Shown: in pieces, positions 12,187 to 22,290 of the stretch
How the letters are laid out: each line of letters begins with the position of its first letter
Position numbering within the stretch: position 1 is the first letter of the stretch
NCBI RefSeq assembly: GCF_001194135.2
Contig: NC_068993.1
Coordinates: 17,201,420-17,264,984 of the forward strand
Length of the DNA: 63,565 nucleotides
Direction: 5' to 3'
Source of the DNA: Octopus bimaculoides
Lineage: Eukaryota
Made by a program: the position numbers and the translations under genes
Notes under the pieces: generated by a model
What the model was told of the DNA's origin: nothing
The model's database searches: none
What the model saw: the letters and a program-made list of their open reading frames with translations, nothing else

Positions 12187-14816
12187 TGTACATACACAGA
12201 CGAAAAGTCCTATAAATAAGGCAGAGTATAAACTAAAATGGTGACTTATTTATAGGACACATGGTATATGTGCATGTGAGGGCATAAAATAAAATAAATA
12301 TGTTAATATTTTGATTGCAAATTGAAGTTTAGAAAGGCCTAATGTTAACATGTATGTGTACATGTGTAAAGTTTTTGTTTTATGTTGTACAAAAACATAA
12401 ATGCTCAATACTCCTTTGTGTTAAAAGAGTGTGTGTGTGTGTGTGTGTGTAGCAATAGTAGTTTCATTTGGTTTATACAAGTAACAAATTCATCAAACAG
12501 CAAAGAAAAATGTTCTGCTGATAGATACAAAACCATACAGAAACACAAGAACAAATGGATTTTTGTACCAAGATGGAAGAAGAGGGGAGGAGAAATAACA
12601 AAGAGGGTAAAAAATAAAACAATGATGAAACATCTTAAAACTAGATTTTTGCAATTGTACACCTGTTCCTATTAATGACTGAAATGCTTCACTATGTGGC
12701 ATTTTTCCTCGATTGCTTGATACAAATTGTCTATGGTAATTAGAAGTGGCTCTGAAGCTTTATTTTTCATTTTTATTTAGTATAGTTTCATATAATTTTC
12801 CTTTGTTTACAGTATTTTGCTGTGGACATTTTAACCACCCACTACATTTTTATTATTATACCTTAAAAGAAAAATCTTCAATTTTTTTTGTTTTAAATAT
12901 CAGCTTAAGTATCAATCAAAAGATTTTTGAAATTACAAAACGAAAATATTTTAATCATAAACCAATTTAGAGTAAGGATATTTACAAATGCAGTACATTT
13001 TTCTGCATACAAATCTAATTTGCATATTAAATATTTTGTTTGCATTTGTAATTATATTTTTGTCCTTTAAAATTTTTGAACAAAACAATGCTTTCAAGTG
13101 TAAAGAAAATATATGTATAATTAAAACTTAAACTGCAAACACAAAACATTTATATAGATAGAAACAAGTACTGCAGTTATAAATTATCTAACCCTAATCA
13201 GTTTTTGATTTTTAAAAATTAATTATTTTTCTGCAAATTCTGAATACCTGGTGTTCAAAGTATAAAAGACTGAAGAGTATAATAAAAAAATAGTTAGTGG
13301 TGTGGGAGTAATCCACACTGAAATGAATAAGTGCTTAAGTTTCTCAATAACAATATCTGTCCCTATATATTTGATCAATTGTGACCTTATAAGAAGCCAA
13401 AAAAATCGACGTAGTTATGTCCCTTTATTTGGATTCCTTGGTTACCCATATTTGAACTCGAAGCTTTAAAACTGTACTGAATTCACCACACACACACATG
13501 TCAAGCACAAAATACTGACATATATTATGTATCAATGGAAAAGAGTGTGATATTAGTTTTTGCTTATCCCCAAAGCCAGCTATGACTGAGGAGATATATG
13601 TATGGTCAATGCATATCTATCTAATCTTTTTGTAGTTGTATACTCAGAGTATTCTCTCCAATATGTCATTTTTGTTTAAGATAACAGTATGTGTTCGTGT
13701 GTGTGTATGTGTGGGTAAGCCTCATATTTATTACTGAACTGAAAACTCATTAAAAATGGATAGAAGTTTTGTAATAAATATTGATCCACCTGACAAAAAG
13801 ATGTCATAAGGTCATTACAATTCTTAAACCTACATCGAGCTGTACAAGTTTGTCTCCAGGCAAAGTCGAGCATCTACGATCAGCAAATCAAGCAGATTGA
13901 AGGTTCATTTGCATATTCTTCAGTCTCTTGGACAGTACATTGAAGAAAAAAAGTCTTAGTAGACTGCAACTACATAGTGTCTCTCTCTTTCTCTCATTTT
14001 TATCCCACCATCTCAACTGTTCTCCATTAACATGTACTTTCAGATCTAATCAAGATTATTCCACTTCGGATACAAAAAAAAAAAAAGACAATGTTAAATG
14101 AAACGCTACTTGTTTGCTTTATAGGTTTTATTGTTGTTGGTGATGATGGTGTTGATGTCATAAAATTCTAATAATAATTCTCCAGTTTGAATGATAACAA
14201 TATCTTTTATTTTATTATTTTAATAGTCCTCTTTTGGGTTTATTATAGCCTTTCAGAGATAAAATACTTCGACGACATACAAAACAAATGGGTTTAAAAA
14301 AAAACATAACCAAGCACAAGTGAACCAGCTTTACCTTGTTTGTTTGTTATCTAAAAATGTCAATTATCCCCAGTTACTCGTTGAATATGCTACGCTAACA
14401 TCCCTGATAGAACTACAAATACACTAATTGATGGGAAGTGTCTCTCCGTTCCATCCCTCTTTCTTTTCTACAATTACAAAAGTAATAATAGAACAGGAAG
14501 AGGGAAACAAAACAAAGAGAGATAGGGAAGATATAAGGATGCAGAAAGAGGGGGGAAAAAAAGGGAGTAAGAAGGAAAAGAGAGAGAAAGAGAGATTTTT
14601 TTTTCTCTAGAGACAAATGAGGTAAGTTTTTCTTCAGGTAAAAAATACTGCCAAAAATAATGTTTTGTGTTTGCTTGTTTTTTGCTTCATTTGAACTAAC
14701 AATGTGAAAGAAAACAGAAGAATGAAATGAAAAAAAAAAGAAAAATAAAAAAAAAAAAACGAAAGTGAAATAAAAATAAATGCATATATCACAGTCATCA
14801 AGAATGTTGAAGTTTA
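9800..14816 (-). other. Putative long 3' UTR of the 777-aa gene
   Basis: About 5 kb of AT-rich sequence downstream of the stop codon with no recognisable SINE copy. Minus-strand AATAAA candidates near 10782, 13424 and 14205. The real 3' end cannot be determined. Confidence 0.4.
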
Positions 14817-17150
14817 TCAAAGATTTGAAGGTGCTGTGCCTTGGTTGCTGCTAACAATAAGATCAAGCATATATTCAAGGTGCTCAGAAGATATCTGATG
14901 AAAAACTTCCTGGTGAAATGGGACGTTGGGTAGCAACACTTTGAGAAAGGTCATTGTCTTTTGCTGCAAGGATAAGAGACACTTCTCTGGTGACTTACAC
15001 AAACTTACTTTCATGTCCAGCAACATGGCTTGACCCTGTAAGGTATTAATGTTTATTTTATCCACACTGGTATTGTCTGCACCCATGGAACATAAAGAAG
15101 TGGGTAATGATGATGACGATGAAGACGACGACGAAGAAGATGATGATGATGATAATGATGAAGATGACAGAGGTAATGAAGTTTTTTCAGATGACACTGG
15201 TTTACCTGTCTCCACCAGAGAAATAGCTTCACTGATTAAAACGTCCACATCCTCTGAGTCAGTTCGAATAGACTCCAGAAATGGATACAGTTTTGGAAAT
15301 AATACTGAAAACAGCAAATGTAACTTGTTACGCAATGAGATTAGTCTTAATGTATTCTGAACAAAAGGCTGGGAGTTACCAGGCAACTTATAAGCACACG
15401 ACCGTGATCGCCGCCGCCTCTTTTTCTCTGGTGACGAAGACATACAGCATGGACACATACGCCTTCGCCGTATCCGAGGACCTTCCTGTTCGCAGTTGGT
15501 AAAATAGTTATAGGTATAAGACGGTCGTTTATTGGCCTTGCGTCGTGTCTCTTGCACTTTAGTAATTTTGTTTACGTGTTCTAGGGGGTCAACACTACAG
15601 TTGCTGCCACTGCTAAAGGCAGAGTCTTCAGAAAAACAACCCTGATGGGAGTTCTTGTCATAAGAATTACCAACAGGGTCGCTATCTAACTCGGATTTAA
15701 GTGTTTCAGAGTACATACTATGCTTTAAGCAATCAATGGACTGGTCAGCCAAGTTGACACAGATCTTAGAGTCAGTTGAATTTGCTACCTTCTCTTGATG
15801 CAATAAAAGGCTACCTGTGGTGGTCTTTGGACATTTTTTACTAGGGTCAACTGAGGATTCACTAGAGGCAACGTCATGTTTTTCATTCGCAACAGAAGTG
15901 TTTAGACGGTTTTTTACAGTCTCTGAGTTCTTAAACAGAGAGAATATATTTTTTTCTTCGGACTTCCAATGAACATCACCAGATTGTTGGTTTTCAGGAA
16001 TGCAATGTTCATTTTCAGAAATGGAATTATTATTATTATTATTGGTGCAAGAAGATTTTTTAGAACAAGAATCAGGAATAATTAAGTTTTCAGGTAATTG
16101 ACCATGTTGACATTTATCAGAACCTGGCTTGAAAACATCGCACAATCGCACATTTTTCAGAATGCGACGTTCCCCAGTGGATCCAGTAGACACAGGACAT
16201 TCAAGAGGTTTACGCCAAAAGCGAACATACTTTCGCCTAACAAGGCTGCAGGCAAGTTGTTGTAGTGACTTACTATTTGCTGAGTTGAGGTTTTCTGCAG
16301 ATATAGAGTGTGTTGAGTTATCATTACATTCATCATGGCTAACTTCCACGGAAGAATGGTCTTCCTCCATGTGTCCATTCAGTAATTTTTCTTTCAGTGT
16401 ATTGTCAAGTATGCTGTCGCTGGATTGCGTCACAGAGAAAGGAGTGGGCGATTGTTCAGGTGAGTCAGCAGAATACACAAACAACTTCCGTTTAAATTCA
16501 GTGCTTGGAGACTTTTTCAACTGGGAGTATTTTTTAACAACTCGTTTACAAGTCAATTGTTTGGGTGAGGTCTTACAGGGCACACGGGTCAGTTTCTTGT
16601 GTATGCCCTCTGATAGTTGCCACTCATCAAAACACTCACTAAGACGTTTGATACAGACAGTGGGACGGGCAGAGTTTAGGACACTATTAAAAGGCCCCCG
16701 GATGGTAGAAGTTTCAACAGCCATCACTGATAAAGGAGATCTGTCAGAATTATGGCCACATACAGACTCCTTCAAAGCACAGCTAACATGTCGGCTAACT
16801 TCAGCAGTTAAAGAGTAAACATCATATCGAAGGTGTTCTCCAGATCTTTGTAATTTCGTTATCCAAATTGTAAGATACAGCACAGGACTATACAGAACCT
16901 GAAGGATCAGGTGTTCATGTGCAATACCATGTAGATATTGCACAAGATTGTAAAAAGATGAACAATTTTGTAGTGATTCGTTTGAGTTTGTAACTGGAAC
17001 CAATAATGCTGCCACTTGTGCAAGCCAATGGAAACATGGCAACAGGAATTCATCAATAACAGAAGACAGATAAGCGAAATGGCAACAAGAATGTTGAGAA
17101 AGTTGTTTACAAGGCCATAAAGAGAAATGTTTTACACTTTGAATAGTCAT
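14817..17150 (-). CDS. Uncharacterised 777-aa Ser-rich, probably nuclear protein with two MORC-C-terminus-like helical motifs
   Basis: 2334-nt stop-free frame with first in-frame ATG at 17150 and in-frame stops just upstream. Basic NLS-like clusters (RIRRRR, KKRRRR), a CPCC motif, poly-Asn and poly-Ser tracts, and a strong acceptor (ctattttcag|G) at 17178. Confidence 0.85.
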   Translation of the reverse strand: MTIQSVKHFSLWPCKQLSQHSCCHFAYLSSVIDEFLLPCFHWLAQVAALLVPVTNSNESLQNCSSFYNLVQYLHGIAHEHLILQVLYSPVLYLTIWITKLQRSGEHLRYDVYSLTAEVSRHVSCALKESVCGHNSDRSPLSVMAVETSTIRGPFNSVLNSARPTVCIKRLSECFDEWQLSEGIHKKLTRVPCKTSPKQLTCKRVVKKYSQLKKSPSTEFKRKLFVYSADSPEQSPTPFSVTQSSDSILDNTLKEKLLNGHMEEDHSSVEVSHDECNDNSTHSISAENLNSANSKSLQQLACSLVRRKYVRFWRKPLECPVSTGSTGERRILKNVRLCDVFKPGSDKCQHGQLPENLIIPDSCSKKSSCTNNNNNNSISENEHCIPENQQSGDVHWKSEEKNIFSLFKNSETVKNRLNTSVANEKHDVASSESSVDPSKKCPKTTTGSLLLHQEKVANSTDSKICVNLADQSIDCLKHSMYSETLKSELDSDPVGNSYDKNSHQGCFSEDSAFSSGSNCSVDPLEHVNKITKVQETRRKANKRPSYTYNYFTNCEQEGPRIRRRRMCPCCMSSSPEKKRRRRSRSCAYKLPGNSQPFVQNTLRLISLRNKLHLLFSVLFPKLYPFLESIRTDSEDVDVLISEAISLVETGKPVSSEKTSLPLSSSSLSSSSSSSSSSSSSSSLPTSLCSMGADNTSVDKININTLQGQAMLLDMKVSLCKSPEKCLLSLQQKTMTFLKVLLPNVPFHQEVFHQISSEHLEYMLDLIVSSNQGTAPSNL

Positions 17151-17358
17151 ATGAAGATGCAATCATGTCTAAAAAGACCTGAAAATAGAAAAAAAAAAGG
17201 AGAGGAATGTAAAACACCAATAGCAATAGAAAATAAAAACTTTATTTAGCAAACTAAATAAAGCTTAAACAAAATCAACAATTTTTTTTGTCATGGAAAA
17301 GAAGACTGTGTAAATTAATGTTCTTCCACCTTAGTATGTTATAGCTTACTTTCTGCAC

Positions 17359-17435
<77 letters not shown>

Positions 17436-17460
17436 CTTTTGTGAAAAACAATACACACGT

Positions 17461-17760
17461 TGCTTGTTTTCACTTTTTCGAGATCAGTGAATAATTTCAC
17501 TGGAAAAAGCTAAATATATATTTGCAAAGAAATATCTTTTGCATCGAAGGTCGGCGATTGTCGTACGCTGAGGACGGGAAAATACCCAGAAACTTGAGTC
17601 CGTACGTATCGCAGATCAAGATGGGAAAGATAACTTCCCTTTGCAAATATAGACAGGACACAGATGTGTGTCGATAGCCAGCTGGAGGAGATGTTCTCCT
17701 GGGGCTAAAAGCAACAGTAACATCCACCCTTAGGGGTCAGCCACATTTAAGTGGCAAATA
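17461..17760 (+). mobile_element. Retrozyme-like structured ~300-nt insert containing a hammerhead ribozyme
   Basis: Series of hairpins plus a long-range stem (17517-17529 with 17639-17651) enclosing the hammerhead. Many CpGs retained. Adjacent to a (TA)n tract. Confidence 0.55.
17554..17612 (+). ncRNA. Type I hammerhead ribozyme with near-canonical core
   Basis: Stem I GCGAT-tgt-CGTACG (17554-67) pairs with CGTACG-t-ATCGC (17601-12). Core CTGAGGA (17568-74); stem II c-GGG-AAAATA-CCC-a; GAAA (17589-92); stem III ACT-tg-AGT; GUC triplet with predicted cleavage after 17600. Confidence 0.8.
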
Positions 17761-19766
17761 TAATACACAAGAGTTTACTCATTAATTTGATGCTAAAGTT
17801 TTGATCATAATTTTTTCTGTAAGCATTTGTGATGCTGTAACCTTCCTACACCTGGGTCACTGTGTCTAACTTTACTCTCTGTCTGGGCTCCCAAGCAATA
17901 AAGTAAACAATTGCATATACAGTTCAAGAGTAAGGATTTCTGGCAAACTAATCGACAGAATCTGCTGCATCTTTTTTTCTATGTGCCAGTAATCCAGCAG
18001 AGATGGCATTTAACTTATTCCCACTATAGCAGGAAAATGGCATGACTGGATTAACTTTCAATACAAGCAGGAGTGTGTGTATGCATGTGTGTGTTAAGCA
18101 ATGCTCTACCCTTTGTCTTTTACTAGTTTCAGCCAGCACTGGTTTTTAACCAATTGTAGCAATCCCAGTATTTTTTATAGTTCTATATTTACTGATTGGT
18201 AAAGTTACCATTATGATTTAACACTGATTTTCTTACTAAGAAGATACCAACTAAACCAGGACTATAGTAAAAGACATTTATCCAATGCGCCACACACTGG
18301 GAATGAACCCAGAACCACTTGGTTACAAAGTGAACTTATTGACCACAGCCATGTTGGTATTAAAGTTATTTTGTAATATTTGTATTGCTTGTAGGTTCTG
18401 ATAAGTTATAACATACTAACAAGTTACTCTTTACTACTTCTTCATTATACATTCCTTATGATTTCAAGAAAATCTTAGCATAGAGGTATGGCTATGTGGT
18501 TATGAAATTCATTTCATAAATTTGTGATTGGGTTCAATCCCACTGTACTGCACTTGAGGCACATGTCTTCTATTATGACTCAGAACTTTGTGATTCTAAA
18601 ACTTAAACATTTGGCTATGTGTATGATATCTTAATATAAAGTACTTTGTCTTTTAGAGCTGCAGCTGACATAAGTATCCATACTTTGTATCCTATAAGTA
18701 CATATCATAATTACAGTCTTAACTAACTCATAATCACAATTACACTTAACTCACTTATAACCCAGCCCACGGAAAGTGGAATTTGGGAAATAGAAACTGC
18801 GCAAAAGCTGTTGCATGTGTTTACATCTAAAAGCTTGTGCTGTTTATGCCCTGTAACTTAGCTGTTCAGTAAACAGTGGTCAATGAAATAAGTTACATAA
18901 AAAGTTGGCTCAAAGACATTGCCTCAGTATGGGCACATTCCAGTAACAGGCTTTCAATGACAAGTGCTCCAGTTGTTCAACCAACAAAATTATCTATTCA
19001 TTGGATTACTATGTAATCAGCCGAGTATTTCAGATGCTCAAACATCTGGTCATGAGAAATATTACTTTACTTGGAAAACAGGTAAGAGTTGGTGACAGGA
19101 AGGGCATCTTGCTGTGAAAAATCTGCCTCAACAAAATCTGATTGATGCAAGCATGGGAAAGTGGACATTAAAATAATATATGTATGTATGTATATATGTG
19201 GTGATATCACGTAAAAAGCATTCTGTACATTCTGTGAAGTGGTTGGAGTTAGGAAGAGCACCCAGCTGTTGAAACTATGTCTAAAAAGAATATGGAACCT
19301 GGTGTGACTCCTGTCAAACTGTCCAACTCATGCCAGCATGGAAAACGGACATTAAATGATGATGATGAAACTCTTAACATAATCCTCAAGCAGAATCAAT
19401 ACGAAAGTATTACAAGGCTGGACCTTTCAGTTAGATTTCCAGTGCATTCAATGGGCTTCGGACAGCTTACATTCATCCCACCACTTTAGCAGAAAGCATA
19501 TGCCCAAGGTGCCACACGGGGATCCAATACAGGACCCTGTAATTCTAAACAAACTTCTTTATCATTTAGCAACACACATACAATCTTAGGTAAAAGTAAA
19601 TATTTTCTCTTTTAGAGCTGCAGCTGATGTAAGTGTCCACATTTTGATCCTGTCACAAGTGCATTTCACACTCACAGTCAACACTTAACATCCAGCCCAC
19701 ATAACTGTATATAGAAACCCACATCATGTTAAGTAACATTTGTACAGTGTAGCTGATGAGTGTTTC

Positions 19767-19998
19767 TCATTTCTTTATTGCCCACAAGGGGCTAAACATA
19801 GAGGGGACAAACGGGGACAGACAAGGGGATTAAGTCAATTACATTGACCCCGGTGCGTAACTGGTACTTAATTTATCATCACCCGAAAGGATGAAAGGCA
19901 AAGTCGACCTCGTTGGAATTTGAACTCAGAACCTAACAGCCGACGAAATACCGCTAAGCATTTCATCCAGCGTGCTAACATTTCTGCCAGTTCACCAC
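19767..19998 (-). mobile_element. SINE family B (Meta-domain-like) flanked by a 15-bp target-site duplication
   Basis: CTGATGAGTGTTTCT (19752-19766) and CTGATGAGTGCTTCT (19999-20013) flank the copy. The body carries the TTTGCCTTTCATCCTTTCGGG...AAGTACCAG motif on the minus strand. Confidence 0.8.
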
Positions 19999-20816
19999 CT
20001 GATGAGTGCTTCTGTCAAGTGAAATGCTTGAGTTGAAACTCATGTGATAGGAGATGTAAACTAACTAACTTTCAATACACCAAGATATTAAAAGTTCAAG
20101 AAACTCTTGCATTCCAGTTTCTAATGGGACTTGTTCATCTCTTGATCTTCAGTAGAAATTTTATGAAGTTACTGTGTGGGATTCTTTGTATATGTCATGC
20201 TATCAAATTATATACAATCTAAAACAGTTTAAATGTTGATCCACTTCTCGATTACACTAAAATATCTGGAAGTCAGCCAACTGCTTTTGTAGAATTTTGC
20301 TCGGAAAAGGTCTTATATGCACACAATTGTAGAAGAAACATTATACACGGTGGTGCACCAGCATGACCGCAGCCACTTGGCTGAAACACATAAATAAATA
20401 AATAAATATAATAGGTGCAAACATTGCTATGTATTTAAGAAGTTTGCGTCTTAACCATGTTTCTGGGTTCAGTCCCACTGCATTGCACCTTGGGCCAACC
20501 AAAGTCTTATGAATGGATTTGGTTGATAGAAATTGAAAAGAAGCCTGTTGTGTATGTCTGTGTGAGAGAGAGAGAGAATGTTTGCATCCTCTTGTCTTGG
20601 TATCACATGATAATTGTAAATGGGTGTCACTGTCTTTCATTTTCAATATTCAAAGAGGACATGTCCAGCCATGGGGAAATATTACCTTGCTGGGAACACC
20701 TATGGGTAGGCAACAGAAAGGAAATCCAGTTGTAGAAAATTTACGTCAGTTATCTCCATCTGACCCATGCAAGGATGGAAAAGTGGACGTTAAAACAATG
20801 ACAACGATTTTATATG

Positions 20817-20848
<32 letters not shown>

Positions 20849-21029
20849 TGATGCCTTTTGCTTTTAAACTCAGTGACTCATCATTACATAATACTAATAA
20901 ANNNNNNNNNNCCATCCTTGTTAACTTTGTATCGTCTGTTTGGATGGTTTTTTTTTGTCCCTTTTTTGTATCACTTGACTGTCTGGATGTTTTGCGTTCT
21001 TGTCCCATTTTTGTATTTTTTATATATAA

Positions 21030-21060
<31 letters not shown>

Positions 21061-21816
21061 TGATGCCTTTTGCTTTTAAACTCAGTGACTCATCATTACA
21101 TAATACTAATAAAATTGTGGAACAGGTATCATAGGTAAGGTCCTAACGAGCTTAGTCAATGATAGTTTCAATTCCCAAGTGTGGACGTTTTACTTCATTT
21201 GACTGTGTGTATGGCAATACATAGAAGTGTGTAATGCCCTACACACATATAACGGGGTTCTGATATGAGAGTTCCAGTGTTTTGAGAAATGTGGAATTAC
21301 CAGGTTCTCAGGTTTGCCCTGTCACAGAGTAGGAGCACCTGTGAATGTCCCAGCTAAGGGTTAATTAGCACGATTCACTAAGTGTGCGGGATCCCTACTT
21401 CTCGTTAGAACTTCCTTCTAAAAAAACGTCAAGTGCTATTTCTAGCAGTCTCAACCTCTGCTGTGCCACTGGCTTTATAGCTGATTGCCCTAAAAATGGA
21501 TTCAGTGCTGTGCAACACTTTCTCCACTCACAACAGATTCACACACAAGGACTTCCTAGACATTTGCACAGACTTACTGGGTTGAGGAACTGGTCTTGCT
21601 CAGTCGCAAGTTGACGTCCACCATATGCATGCATGTACATCAGAAAGTAAAAGTATTTCAAATTTCATGTCAATTAAGGATTTTTCATTTGGATGAACCC
21701 TAATTCAAGCCCTCTCTCTCTCTCTCTCGCTCTCAGTGAACATTCTCATCAAATCACACAAATCAAATTATCGAATCAGTATTAAAGAAAGAAAAGATAA
21801 CGAATTAATTTTTTAC

Positions 21817-21869
21817 CTTGGTGAATACCAAAGACGTTCAGAGCAGCAACAACACTGAAATTTAATTTC
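21817..21869 (-). other. Probable 5' UTR exon (53 nt) of the 777-aa gene
   Basis: Strong acceptor tcttttttttctcttttccttttacag|G and donor CAAG|gtaaaa; no ATG. Confidence 0.7.
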
Positions 21870-21999
21870 CTGTAAAAGGAAAGAGAGAAAAAAAGACAAC
21901 CACATGAGAAGCAATTCAAATTTTAATCGGATATTTTTATCCGACGAAATAACGTGATGAAGAGGGAATGATTGACAGACAATATTAATTTAAGAGATA

Positions 22000-22247
22000 T
22001 ATGAACCACGTGGTATTCAATAATTATTGCATTAATAAAAATATATATATATATATAACCTAATGTATGTCAGAGAAACAGAATTTATCCGTTACATGTT
22101 CAAGTTTAAAGACCAGTGAGGTGTCCCCATCGTAGATAGAACAAAATACAATCATTGGATATATGAGCGGTTTTCTTAGCATTCAATGAGATTGGTTTAC
22201 AGCTGTTTGTCCATTCTTAATGCAGATAACGTGGACGCACACACACA

Positions 22248-22290
<43 letters not shown>

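Noticed and set aside
16129-16818. 229-aa plus-strand ORF (also the 103-aa acidic ORF at 15049-15360)
   Set aside because: Antisense shadows of the 777-aa ORF; the poly-Asp run is simply the reverse complement of the poly-Ser codons
20820-21115. ~80-bp direct duplication on either side of a 10-N gap
   Set aside because: Identical sequence flanking a gap is the signature of an unmerged contig overlap
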